Positions 9,517 to 19,022 of a stretch of 64,000 bases of DNA are shown here, one piece after another; position 1 is the stretch's first letter; every line of letters begins with the position of its first letter. The position numbers were made by a program, and so were the translations under genes. Below the pieces are notes generated by a model. It had not been told where the DNA came from. It saw nothing but the letters and a program-made list of their open reading frames with translations, and ran no database searches. The DNA is from Escherichia phage phiWec177, in sequence record LC739532.1. One strand, 5' to 3'.

Positions 9517-10398
9517 ATGAAAACATCTATCCGTGTTACAGTTCATTCACCAACTAAAGGGACTCATGAAGAAGAGTTTAACATCGTCCAATTCCCTTCT
9601 GGTGAGATTGGTGGACACTTTTCACCGGAGTTTGTTGATTTCACTGCTTATGCAGCATCATCTATCAACAATGTGATTATGATTGTAAAAGGTTATGATA
9701 AGGACACATTGTTTGCTGTGGCACTTGCTAAAGAAGCAATTGATGATTTAATTCCTCATGATTATGCTTTAAAGACTGTCATCTTTTACTACTTACCAAA
9801 TGCACGATATGACCGTCACATGTTTAAAGGCGACGCAGCAGCTTTAAAGGTTTTTGCTAAACAGGTAAATGCAATGGGGTTTGGTGCAGTCTGTGCAGTT
9901 GACCCTCACAGTTACGTTCCAGATAACCTGTTTAACTGCTTCCAGAGTATTCCTCAAAAGGAGATTGCAGTCCACTACGCAAATGACCCACTGATTGATT
10001 ACTTAGTAGCCCCAGATGCAGGTGCTGCTAAGAAGATTGCAGAGACTGCTAAAGAGGTGGATAAACCATACATCACAATGTCTAAAGTGCGTAACCTTAA
10101 GACTGGTGAAATTACTGGTATGCGAATCCTTGATGATGTTGATTTGACAGATAAAACCGTCATGATTCTGGATGATATCTGTGATGGTGGTCGAACCTTC
10201 ATAGAAGCAGCGAAACATCTTCGTGAAGCAGGTGCAAAACGTGTGGAACTATATGTAACACATGGTATCTTCTCTAAAGATGTTGAAAACCTTCTTGACA
10301 ATGGTATCGACCATATTTACACTACAAACTCTTTAGGCGAAGCTAAAGACCGTGGCTTAACACATTACAGTCAAGTTACTGTAGCAAACCTTGATTAG
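9517..10398 (+). CDS. Ribose-phosphate pyrophosphokinase homologue (Prs-like; candidate ADP-ribose pyrophosphokinase of an NAD+ reconstitution pathway)
   Basis: ATG 9517 after GAGAGAG; PRTase motif VMILDDICDGGRTF and Prs-like VTHGIFS; adjacent to NAMPT homologue. Confidence 0.65.
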   Translation: MKTSIRVTVHSPTKGTHEEEFNIVQFPSGEIGGHFSPEFVDFTAYAASSINNVIMIVKGYDKDTLFAVALAKEAIDDLIPHDYALKTVIFYYLPNARYDRHMFKGDAAALKVFAKQVNAMGFGAVCAVDPHSYVPDNLFNCFQSIPQKEIAVHYANDPLIDYLVAPDAGAAKKIAETAKEVDKPYITMSKVRNLKTGEITGMRILDDVDLTDKTVMILDDICDGGRTFIEAAKHLREAGAKRVELYVTHGIFSKDVENLLDNGIDHIYTTNSLGEAKDRGLTHYSQVTVANLD

Positions 10399-10406
10399 GT
10401 AACAGT

Positions 10407-10898
10407 ATGAATAAGGGTTATTTTGAAAAATACCTAATATATGAACCAGATACAGGTTTATTAATTTGGAGAGTAACCCTTTGCAGTACCGCTATTGCTG
10501 GTAATGTGGCTGGCACAAGGTCTAAGAAGGGTTATATCCAAGTCCAGATAAATAAGAAGAGGTACTATGCACATAATATTGCATGGATTATGTCTGGAGG
10601 TGAGATACCAAGTGGATATGAGATAGACCACATAGACCTTGATAAAGCTAATAATAAGTTGGAGAATTTAAGACTTAGCACAAAGTCACAAAATCAGAGG
10701 AATAGGGGTATACACAAGAATAATAAAACTGGTGTGAAGGGTGTAAGTTTTTGTAAACAAACAGGTCTTTACAAAGCAAGAGTCATGCTTTACCGTAAAG
10801 AATACTTTTGTGGAAGATTTAAAACGGTAGAAGAAGCAAAAGAAGCTGTAATTAAAAAGCGAATAGAACTTCATGGTGAGTTTGCAAGACATAACTAA
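10407..10898 (+). CDS. Free-standing HNH-AP2 homing endonuclease
   Basis: HNH-type motif EIDHIDLDKANNKLENLRLSTKSQN plus AP2-like DNA-binding segment GVKGVSF...YKARV...GRFKTVEEAKEA; sits between the two NAD-pathway genes. Confidence 0.65.
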   Translation: MNKGYFEKYLIYEPDTGLLIWRVTLCSTAIAGNVAGTRSKKGYIQVQINKKRYYAHNIAWIMSGGEIPSGYEIDHIDLDKANNKLENLRLSTKSQNQRNRGIHKNNKTGVKGVSFCKQTGLYKARVMLYRKEYFCGRFKTVEEAKEAVIKKRIELHGEFARHN

Positions 10899-10913
10899 GA
10901 GAGAGATTAAAAG

Positions 10914-12695
10914 ATGACTAAATCACTTTATGCAGTACCAGCAGGTCTTAATGCAGATGCTTACAAGGCATCACATATATATCAGTATCCAGATGCTACG
11001 CAATATCTTATGTTGAACCTGACACCACGTAGTGACAAATGGTTTAACAGCCCTTTAGCAATTGACGGTGTAGTGGCTTTTGGTATTCAACGTTTTGTTA
11101 AAGATTACTTGATAGACCACTGGAACGCCACTTTCTTTGAACGTGACAAAAAAGAAGCAATTGACGAAATCTTAGAAGTCATGAACGGTGTTCTAGGTAA
11201 AGATGCTATCGGTCGAGAGCATTGGGAAGCACTTCACGACTTAGGTTATCTACCAGTTGAAGTATACGCTGTAGAAGAAGGCACAGTTGTCCCTATGCGT
11301 GCCCCAATGATTGTCTTCCAGAACACTATTTCAGGTTTCCATTGGGTAGCTGGGTATCTGGAAGATGCTTTCTCTGCTGAGATTTGGAAGGCTTGTACCA
11401 TTGCAACTATTGCATTGCACTACAAACGTATCTGTAAGAAGTGGGCTGACCTTACTTGTGACAACGACTTGCATCTACCCTATCAGTGCCATGACTTTGC
11501 TATGCGTGGTATGTCCGGCTTTACTGATGACGCATTTAACGCTGTAGGTCACTTAACCAGCTTTAAAGGAACTGATAGTTTCCCTGCTGTTTATACAGCT
11601 AAACGCATCTACGGTCAGTCCTACCCAATCTCTGATATTGGTAACTCTGTACCAGCCACTGAACACTCTGTAATGTGTGCAAACATTGCTTGGGAAGGTG
11701 GTAATGAGTTGATTGAAGAAGAAAGACGCTTTAAAGGTGAGTTACAAACCTTCCGTCGTTTCTTAACAGAAACTTACCCAACTGGTATTGCAAGTATTGT
11801 TTCAGATACTTACAACTTCTGGAGAACTGTGTCAGAAATCTTACCAGCACTCCGTAAAGAAATTATGGAACGTGATGGCAAACTGGTAATTCGCCCTGAC
11901 TCTGGAGACCCTGTACATATTGTCACAGGTTATAAAGCAATTCACTTAGAGTGTGCTAAGAAGGCTTATTACGAGCACCTAAGCAAGCTAGAGGCAAGTG
12001 ACACAATGCTGAACTCTGTCCTGAACATGAAGCTTGAAAACATCAATTATGGTATTGCTGGATGGCTACTGTCAGAAGGCTACGAAATGGTTGTTGACAG
12101 AGAAGACTTTGAAGTTGCTGATACAGTGCTGTTGAAAAATGCTTATATGGTTGGTTCTGCAAACGTTGTAACACGTCCTGTAGCGGAGATTGATGGAGCT
12201 ATCAAGACACTGTATAACATCTTTGGGGGAACTATTAACTCTAAAGGGTTTAAGGTACTGGATGAGCATATCGGCCTTATCTATGGTGACTCTATCACGC
12301 TGGAACGTGCAAACGAAATCCTGAAGCGTCTGTATGAAATGGGTTTTGCAAGCTCTAACGTAGTGTTTGGCGTAGGCTCTTACACTTACCAGTACATGAC
12401 TCGTGACACCTTTGCATTTGCTGTTAAAGCAACTCTTGCAAGCATTGGTGGTAAAGAGATTATGCTTGCAAAAGACCCTAAAACAGATAGTGGTGTTAAG
12501 AAGTCTGCTTTTGGTGGTGTAGCACCTATGTGGGATGGTGATAAGTTGAAAGCTGTAGATGGCTATGGATTCCAGAGCTTTGCAGATGCACTTGACCACC
12601 CAGCTTGTGCTTTACGTTTAGTCTTTAGTGACTCTGAGCAGTACGGTTACACATCTCTTGGTGATATTCGAAATAATATTGACAAGCAGCTTTAA
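10914..12695 (+). CDS. Nicotinamide phosphoribosyltransferase family protein (NAMPT/NadV-like; candidate Namat)
   Basis: 593 aa with overall NAMPT-family pattern by recollection; adjacent Prs-like gene. Confidence 0.65.
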   Translation: MTKSLYAVPAGLNADAYKASHIYQYPDATQYLMLNLTPRSDKWFNSPLAIDGVVAFGIQRFVKDYLIDHWNATFFERDKKEAIDEILEVMNGVLGKDAIGREHWEALHDLGYLPVEVYAVEEGTVVPMRAPMIVFQNTISGFHWVAGYLEDAFSAEIWKACTIATIALHYKRICKKWADLTCDNDLHLPYQCHDFAMRGMSGFTDDAFNAVGHLTSFKGTDSFPAVYTAKRIYGQSYPISDIGNSVPATEHSVMCANIAWEGGNELIEEERRFKGELQTFRRFLTETYPTGIASIVSDTYNFWRTVSEILPALRKEIMERDGKLVIRPDSGDPVHIVTGYKAIHLECAKKAYYEHLSKLEASDTMLNSVLNMKLENINYGIAGWLLSEGYEMVVDREDFEVADTVLLKNAYMVGSANVVTRPVAEIDGAIKTLYNIFGGTINSKGFKVLDEHIGLIYGDSITLERANEILKRLYEMGFASSNVVFGVGSYTYQYMTRDTFAFAVKATLASIGGKEIMLAKDPKTDSGVKKSAFGGVAPMWDGDKLKAVDGYGFQSFADALDHPACALRLVFSDSEQYGYTSLGDIRNNIDKQL

Positions 12696-12710
12696 AAGTA
12701 TATGATAAGA

Positions 12711-12732
12711 GGCTCCTACGGGAGCCTTTTTA
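12711..12732 (+). terminator. Rho-independent terminator
   Basis: GGCTCC-tacg-GGAGCC hairpin followed by TTTTT. Confidence 0.65.
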
Positions 12733-12748
12733 ATTTCTGGAGAAAACT

Positions 12749-13084
12749 ATGAAAATCAAAGAGATGAATATCAACATTGTCTTAGAAGAACGTTGGGAGA
12801 ACATTAAGAAACCTGAAAATGGTCATAAGTTCCTTAACAAAATTTTAGTAGCAGCTAAAGAAGAACTGACTGGCAAGATTGCAGCAGCAATCACAATAAA
12901 AATATGTATAAAAGGTCTTCCACAACATCACCAATTTGCGCTTGACGAGTTTAAAGAAAGCTTCTACAATCCAAACAAACAGATGCTTGAAAGTAACTTT
13001 GCAGTATCTACAAGTATCGTCCATGACAGAAGCTTTATCCTTTACAAAAATATGAGAGGTGAGTCATGCAAGCATATTGGATAG
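12749..13084 (+). CDS. Hypothetical protein
   Basis: 111 aa ORF after terminator. Confidence 0.45.
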   Translation: MKIKEMNINIVLEERWENIKKPENGHKFLNKILVAAKEELTGKIAAAITIKICIKGLPQHHQFALDEFKESFYNPNKQMLESNFAVSTSIVHDRSFILYKNMRGESCKHIG

Positions 13085-13257
13085 AAATTTTACTGTCACT
13101 TAGTAGTGTAGCAGTTTTTGTTTACCTTCTTTGCAAGTACTATGCAGAGTACAAGAAGTGTGATTACTGCAATGGGAAGGGTATACAAGAGCAGGTTGTT
13201 GCCCTATGTGTGGTGGTTCTGGTAAAATGTTTAATAAGTAATTTAACAGTAAACTAA
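13066..13257 (+). CDS. Small membrane-anchored Cys-rich protein (possible frameshifted zinc ribbon)
   Basis: N-terminal hydrophobic helix then CDYCNGKG; a second CPMCGGSGK motif lies in the -1 frame (13197-13241). Confidence 0.35.
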   Translation: MQAYWIEILLSLSSVAVFVYLLCKYYAEYKKCDYCNGKGIQEQVVALCVVVLVKCLISNLTVN

Positions 13258-13269
13258 GAGGAAAGTATT

Positions 13270-15636
13270 ATGCGCATGGTAAATGACCACGCAGAAGTGA
13301 TTAAGAGTTCAACTTCTTTGGAGACATCTCAAGCACAGATTACAATGACACCTGAAATGTTCAGCCTTTTGAGTTCTGGTGTATATACCTTTAAAGAAAG
13401 GGCAGTGATTCGTGAACTGTCATGTAACGCAGTAGATGCTCAGAAAGAAGCTGGAAAAGAGAATATCCCGTTCCATGTGCATTTACCTACTCGTTTTGAG
13501 CCTTACTTTGAAGTCCGTGATTTTGGAACTGGATTGACTCATGATAAAGTTATGAGTTTGTACCTAAACTACGGGGCTTCTACGAAGAATGACTCTAATG
13601 ATTACATTGGTGCAATGGGTATCGGTTCAAAATCTCCATTTGCAATTGCTCAGTCATTCACAGTATCTAGCTATGTTGATGGTGTTGTTAATAAGTACTC
13701 TGTTTACCTTGAGAATGGTATCCCTCAAGTAACTAAGCTGACCACTAACCCAACAAAAGAACCTAATGGTTTAGCTGTACGTGTGGCAGTTGCTGACCAC
13801 CGTATTTCAAAGTTCTTTGAAGAGGCTGGTCACGTATACTCATACTTTGCTGTAAAACCAGAAAGTAATATTGTATATGATGACGTGTTAGCAGACATGA
13901 ATGTCATTGCTCGTGAAGAAGGTGTTTATGACGCTATGATTCATAAGCAAAGCTGGCGTTCTAGTGGTAACAGGACAGAGTTTAATGTGGTGATGGGTAA
14001 TATTGCCTATCCAGTTAATATGGAAGCATTACTTGGTGATGATTTCTTCAAAGTCTTGCCAGAGTTTTTCCGTAGGAGCGTAGACCTTGTAAACATTTAC
14101 ATGCCTATTGGTTCAGTTGCTATTGCAGCTTCTCGTGAAGCATTGCAGATGAATGATACGACAAAAAATGTTATCATTGAGGCTACTAAAAAGATAACTG
14201 AAGCCATTACAAAGGATGTTATCAAGAAAGTTAACAGCCAACCTACACTCATGGATGCTGCACAGGCTTATGCTGAGTTACGTTTGAACTCACGAGAGAT
14301 GTTTAATGTTGTGTGTCCAAAGCTAGAGTGGGGAGGCGTTAAGCTTGATTCTCTGGAAGTAGAATTACTAAACATCCGTCGTGGGATTATCTACGCAGAA
14401 GACGGCTCAGTCATTTATGAACGTGACGGTAAAGGTAATATCAAGGTTGATAGGAACGGGAACAATATCCCTAAAGTGGATTATCTTTATAATCCAGTTG
14501 CTTATGTCAAGTTCAACTCTTTAGAGAGTAAGATTCGTGCAACAGCACTTTCCTACACTCAAGAGGCAAGTATGTTCAATATCTTTGGTGCAATGCGTAA
14601 AAGCCAAATTGAACAGTTTTTGTTCGTGATTAATGACCGTCGTAATAAAAATGGCACTGAGAAGACTGTAGGCCGCAATCAGATTCTGCGTGGTGCATGT
14701 CGAGATTACGCCAGTGAGTCAAGTCTGTTTCACAGATATAATGGTATTGTGTTTGTATTCTCGACTGAAAAAGAGCTAGATGACTTAATCAACCTACACA
14801 AACTTGATAAAAGCTTGTTAAAGATTGTGAAGATGTCTGATAAGGAACATCACTATCAGCGTAAAGAAGCTGTAAGAGGTGTTGTAAAACTCTGGAAAGC
14901 TGTTCCAGCAGAAGGTGTAGCCTCATACACAGAGGTGTCAGAAGACTTAGACACAATTGAAGAACCTCAGCTTTACATTAAGGCAGTTGGCGACACAGTT
15001 GATGGTGAATGTTTTTGCTCATCTCCAGAAGATGTAGCTAAGTCAGTTGCTAATGTTATAGGGAAGACAGTCTATGTTTTCCGAAAAGCAAATTGGAAAA
15101 AGATACCAGAAGACTGGATTGAAGTAGATGAGAAGCTCTTGAACGACAGCTTAACTGATGTTCATTGGATTAATCATAACAGGTATATGACACGCATCTG
15201 TATGCGTGGTGTCCTTAACCTTACAAGCTGTTGGATTATTACCAGAAACTTTACGTTCAATAACAGGAAGATTTCTGATGGTTATTGCTATTCACGGGAC
15301 ACAAACAAAACTATCTTCCTAGAAGGTAATGAAGATGCTGTTGAGGCAATGTTCGGTAAAATCCAATACGTTGCTGCACAATTTGCATACACTTACACTA
15401 TTAGTGTGTTGCAAGATTTGAAAAGGTGTCTTGATAATGATACAAAGCTTTACAAGAAAATTAAGAAAGCTGGTGACCGTATGTTTATTAAGGTGACAAA
15501 CTACTTCTCAAAAAGAAAACAAGAAAACTTCTTGCTTTCTCATTTAGATTGGAATAAAGTGTCACCCATCGAAGTGAGTAAGTTCTTGGGCTTTGATGTG
15601 AAGTGTGTTCCAGAAGGGACTACAATTTACGATTAA
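13270..15636 (+). CDS. rIIA: rIIA-like protein with GHKL/histidine-kinase-like ATPase domain
   Basis: N-terminal Bergerat-fold motifs (ELSCNAVDA; RDFGTGL; GAMGIGSKS); 788 aa; followed by rIIB-like gene. Confidence 0.6.
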   Translation: MRMVNDHAEVIKSSTSLETSQAQITMTPEMFSLLSSGVYTFKERAVIRELSCNAVDAQKEAGKENIPFHVHLPTRFEPYFEVRDFGTGLTHDKVMSLYLNYGASTKNDSNDYIGAMGIGSKSPFAIAQSFTVSSYVDGVVNKYSVYLENGIPQVTKLTTNPTKEPNGLAVRVAVADHRISKFFEEAGHVYSYFAVKPESNIVYDDVLADMNVIAREEGVYDAMIHKQSWRSSGNRTEFNVVMGNIAYPVNMEALLGDDFFKVLPEFFRRSVDLVNIYMPIGSVAIAASREALQMNDTTKNVIIEATKKITEAITKDVIKKVNSQPTLMDAAQAYAELRLNSREMFNVVCPKLEWGGVKLDSLEVELLNIRRGIIYAEDGSVIYERDGKGNIKVDRNGNNIPKVDYLYNPVAYVKFNSLESKIRATALSYTQEASMFNIFGAMRKSQIEQFLFVINDRRNKNGTEKTVGRNQILRGACRDYASESSLFHRYNGIVFVFSTEKELDDLINLHKLDKSLLKIVKMSDKEHHYQRKEAVRGVVKLWKAVPAEGVASYTEVSEDLDTIEEPQLYIKAVGDTVDGECFCSSPEDVAKSVANVIGKTVYVFRKANWKKIPEDWIEVDEKLLNDSLTDVHWINHNRYMTRICMRGVLNLTSCWIITRNFTFNNRKISDGYCYSRDTNKTIFLEGNEDAVEAMFGKIQYVAAQFAYTYTISVLQDLKRCLDNDTKLYKKIKKAGDRMFIKVTNYFSKRKQENFLLSHLDWNKVSPIEVSKFLGFDVKCVPEGTTIYD

Positions 15637-15715
15637 AGTGTTTGACAAGGGGCTTCAAAGCCCCTTAGAATATCCTCACAAAATGATTTATTAACTAACA
15701 AGAGAGAGTAATAAG

Positions 15716-16825
15716 ATGACTACTAAAACTAAATCACAGATTGACGCAGAAATTTACAAACTGGTTAAAGATGGCAAGCTGACTAAAACAGCTATTGCAC
15801 AGAGATTTAATACTTCAACCCGTTCAGTTGGTCGTGCTGTAGAGCGTCATGAAGCAACCTTAAAAGGAAATAAGAAGGTGACTTCTACACCAGCTACGAA
15901 GACTTTGAAGCAAGTTGCTAAGACCTTTAAAAAGAAAGCTGGCAAACCAGTTGAAAAGGTTGTTAAAGATGCTGTACAGAAAGCTCCGGTAAATAAACTG
16001 CATGAAGCTATGCAGAAAGATGACAAGATTGAGTACATGATTACTGGTGACTCTGTAATTATGACTTACGGTTCAGAGTCTGAAATTGTTGAATCTACTC
16101 ATCCGAACTATCAAGAGATTGTAGTTCATGTTGTGAAAGGTGAGTTTAAGAAAGCCTTTGAACTGATGAACATTCGTAAGTCTATCGAAAACTTCACTCA
16201 GGGGGCTATCACAATCAAAGGTGACAAGCTATTCTACGGTGCTGTTGAGATGCGTTCTACTCTGGTTGACCGTATTCTTCACATGATGAAGACTGGTGAT
16301 AAAGGTTTTGAACGACTTGTAATGTTCTTCGAAAAACTGATGGAAAACCCATCTAAAGATTCTGTAGAACAACTTTGGGGCTTCGTATCTCACCTTGATG
16401 TTGAAATTGATGAAGAAGGCTACATCATTGGTTGGAAGAAAGTATCCACTCGTGAAGGCAAGCTGGTTGACTCCCACACCTACAGAGTACCTAATGATTT
16501 AGGTAATATTGTAGAAATGCCACGTTGGATGGTTGATAATAACCGTAACGTGACTTGCTCTCAGGGTCTTCATGTTGGTGCTTGGGATTATGTTCGTTGC
16601 TTCTCAGGTGATACAATTCTGAAGGTTCGTGTTCATCCACGAGATGTTGTATCTGTTCCAACTGATTACAACGATATGAAGATGCGCTCGTCTCGTTATG
16701 AAGTTGCAGCAATCGTTGATAATCAACGTAAAGTACTGAAAGCATGGGATGGCAAGACTGAAGCTTTTCATGTCATCGTTGGTACTGCTGGAGAACTTAT
16801 CTCTCAGCGTAAACGTGAAATCTAA
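15716..16825 (+). CDS. rIIB: rIIB-like protein (putative)
   Basis: 369 aa ORF immediately downstream of rIIA-like gene; assignment from synteny only. Confidence 0.4.
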   Translation: MTTKTKSQIDAEIYKLVKDGKLTKTAIAQRFNTSTRSVGRAVERHEATLKGNKKVTSTPATKTLKQVAKTFKKKAGKPVEKVVKDAVQKAPVNKLHEAMQKDDKIEYMITGDSVIMTYGSESEIVESTHPNYQEIVVHVVKGEFKKAFELMNIRKSIENFTQGAITIKGDKLFYGAVEMRSTLVDRILHMMKTGDKGFERLVMFFEKLMENPSKDSVEQLWGFVSHLDVEIDEEGYIIGWKKVSTREGKLVDSHTYRVPNDLGNIVEMPRWMVDNNRNVTCSQGLHVGAWDYVRCFSGDTILKVRVHPRDVVSVPTDYNDMKMRSSRYEVAAIVDNQRKVLKAWDGKTEAFHVIVGTAGELISQRKREI

Positions 16826-16842
16826 TAAGTAATTTCTTAAAA

Positions 16843-16866
16843 GGCTGCTTCGGCGGCCTTTTTTAT
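16843..16866 (+). terminator. Rho-independent terminator
   Basis: GGCTGC-ttcg-GCGGCC hairpin followed by TTTTTTATTT. Confidence 0.65.
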
Positions 16867-16894
16867 TTGTATTTTGTGCAGAGTGCTGTATAAT
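16866..16894 (+). promoter_or_regulatory. Candidate sigma70-type promoter (TTTGTA -N17- TATAAT, TG just upstream of -10)
   Basis: Perfect TATAAT at 16889-16894; contains TTGTGCAG motif shared with 21053/21173. Confidence 0.4.
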
Positions 16895-16925
16895 TGTTGT
16901 CACGATAAACTAAACAGGAGAACCA

Positions 16926-17474
16926 ATGAAGAAATTGATTCTAGGTTTGTGCTTAATGTTTACAGCACACTTATCTTATGCAGTTGACTGCCCAGAGCTA
17001 TCAATTAGCCAAAAAGTAAACATGTTAAAAGCTTACCAGTATGGTGAGAATAACATGGGTAAAGGTTGGGGTATCACTCTAGCTGCTATAGCCTTACAAG
17101 AGTCAGAGTTAGGTCTGAAGGTAGAGAATAAAAAGACACATGATTATGGTATTTTCCAGAATCACTTGAAGACTGTTGTAAAGCGTAACAAAATTAGTCC
17201 TAATGTGGCTAAAAAGAAACTCTTAAAAGACTTTGACTATGCTGCGAAGGAAACGCACAAAGAACTTGAGTTTTGGACAAAGGTGCATGGTCAGCCAAAG
17301 TCAAAGAAGATTTTACAAAAAGTTTTAGCATCATATAATGCTGGGTATTCGTACAGAATCCCTAAAGCTAAGAAATATTCTCAAGATGTCTATAACAACA
17401 TGAAAGTTATCGCTCAATGTGAATTTGCAACAAACATTTCTAAGGTAAATCATGAAAAAATTAAGAAAGTCTGA
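16926..17474 (+). CDS. Secreted lytic transglycosylase-like protein (SLT domain) with signal peptide
   Basis: N-terminal signal peptide MKKLILGLCLMFTAHLSYA; SLT-like motifs AIALQESELG and DYGIFQ. Confidence 0.55.
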   Translation: MKKLILGLCLMFTAHLSYAVDCPELSISQKVNMLKAYQYGENNMGKGWGITLAAIALQESELGLKVENKKTHDYGIFQNHLKTVVKRNKISPNVAKKKLLKDFDYAAKETHKELEFWTKVHGQPKSKKILQKVLASYNAGYSYRIPKAKKYSQDVYNNMKVIAQCEFATNISKVNHEKIKKV

Positions 17475-18147
17475 TGAAGTACTGTGCCATGCTTATGACT
17501 TGCATCCTCATGAGTTAGGTCTTGATTCTGACATATGGACTCCAGAACAGTGTAGGGATTTTGAAGACACCGCAAGAGAAGTTGTATGTTCACTCGAAGA
17601 GTTCCACACATCAGAGCCAATTGTGAATGTTGTAGATAAAGAGACTGGACAAACTATAGGTGTGAGTCGTGATAGCTTAGTCATAGTCAATAAAGACCTT
17701 GTAGAAAAAGGGAATCTCATCTTAGCAGATATTGATGGTGTTCTTACAAATTTTAATCACGAAGATTGCTCAACGGAATTGACCGACGGTTCATTCTCGC
17801 AGTATACCAATCTTCTTGATTCTGTAAGAGCAAAGCCGACGTATGTTTTCAATATCATTGATGCAATTGCTAATCATGCTGCTGTTGGACTCTTGACAGC
17901 GAGAGGTGAATCTCAGAGAATACCTACTGAGATGTTTTTAAGGCATAACACAGAGCATGACTACATGCTTTTTATGCGTGGTTTTGGGACTAACTCTATA
18001 AGTGCAGAAAGTTTGAAAGTGAGGATAATTCAGTCTTGCATTCTGCCTTACTTTAATATAGTATGTTTTATAGAAGACACAGAGAAGAATGTGCAGAAGG
18101 TGAACAGAATCCTTCCACACATTAAAACCATGTTAGTTAAACATTGA
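17452..18147 (+). CDS. HAD-superfamily hydrolase-like protein (putative nucleotidase/phosphatase); start uncertain
   Basis: DxDGVL-type motif (ILADIDGVL) followed by LLTARG and IEDTEKN segments. Confidence 0.35.
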   Translation: MKKLRKSDEVLCHAYDLHPHELGLDSDIWTPEQCRDFEDTAREVVCSLEEFHTSEPIVNVVDKETGQTIGVSRDSLVIVNKDLVEKGNLILADIDGVLTNFNHEDCSTELTDGSFSQYTNLLDSVRAKPTYVFNIIDAIANHAAVGLLTARGESQRIPTEMFLRHNTEHDYMLFMRGFGTNSISAESLKVRIIQSCILPYFNIVCFIEDTEKNVQKVNRILPHIKTMLVKH

Positions 18148-18157
18148 GAGAAAACTT

Positions 18158-18622
18158 ATGAACAATATCATTACGGTAGCACTGGACGTTACGGCAAACA
18201 AATCTGAAGTAGTTCGTAACATTATCAAGAGCAACTTTGAGGGTAAAATCTTCCGTGCTGTCAATGTAAAAGCAGACGGTAACATCCGAGAGTATCGTGC
18301 TCTTTTGAATGTTAAGAAACACGTAAAAGGTTCTGGCTCAACGACAGCACATAAAGAAAATCTGATGACTATCTATGATATGGGTATGGCTTCAGAATTA
18401 GGTGCTGAAGGTATTGTTAAAGAAGGTGCTCCGTATCGCTCTTTCAATCTGGAAACTGCTCTTATGCTTTCCTTTACAAGTGGTTCTAAAACAACTACTT
18501 ATCTCTTTACTGATGCTGCAACGGTATCTGCTATTAAGGATAGCACTATCAAAGCTGGCGTAGTTGCTGCTGCAAAAGCTTCTTCGATGGCTGCGAATAT
18601 CCTTGCTAAAGTCCTCGGTTAA
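18158..18622 (+). CDS. Hypothetical protein
   Basis: 154 aa ORF, Ala-rich C-terminus; followed by terminator. Confidence 0.45.
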   Translation: MNNIITVALDVTANKSEVVRNIIKSNFEGKIFRAVNVKADGNIREYRALLNVKKHVKGSGSTTAHKENLMTIYDMGMASELGAEGIVKEGAPYRSFNLETALMLSFTSGSKTTTYLFTDAATVSAIKDSTIKAGVVAAAKASSMAANILAKVLG

Positions 18623-18634
18623 GGTTAAGATACA

Positions 18635-18656
18635 GGCTCCTTCGGGAGCCTTTTTC
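18635..18656 (+). terminator. Rho-independent terminator
   Basis: GGCTCC-ttcg-GGAGCC hairpin followed by TTTTT. Confidence 0.65.
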
Positions 18657-18674
18657 ATTTTAGGAGATTGTTAA

Positions 18675-19022
18675 ATGACATTTAAAGAGTTCTGTCAAGC
18701 TACTTTCATAATTGTTTTCTTAGTTGGTGCAGGTGTCTGGGGAGGATACTCTTACAGAGACTATCAAGTTGCTGAAACTGAGCTAAACAATCAAAAGCTC
18801 ATAAGTGTTGCTAAAGATGCTTATCAGGAAGGATTAGTCACACTGAGCACCAATTACAAAAATGATTTGAAAGATGTGCTTGCTAAGAATAAGCATACAA
18901 AAGAGGTACTAACATATGAAAAAACTAAGCCAGAGTTTTATAATGTTTGTGTTACTGATAACTATGTCAGGGTGTTCAACGAACAAAGTGAGCAGTACAT
19001 TCAAAAACTCCCAAGTAAGTGA
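18675..19022 (+). CDS. Inner-membrane spanin component (Rz-like)
   Basis: N-terminal TM helix then charged coiled-coil-like periplasmic region; contains the embedded lipoprotein ORF in +1 frame. Confidence 0.55.
   Translation: MTFKEFCQATFIIVFLVGAGVWGGYSYRDYQVAETELNNQKLISVAKDAYQEGLVTLSTNYKNDLKDVLAKNKHTKEVLTYEKTKPEFYNVCVTDNYVRVFNEQSEQYIQKLPSK

Noticed and set aside
12072-12599. 175-aa minus-strand ORF inside the NAMPT-like gene
   Set aside because: Antisense to a well-supported CDS; Cys/Phe-rich low-complexity translation typical of shadow ORFs.
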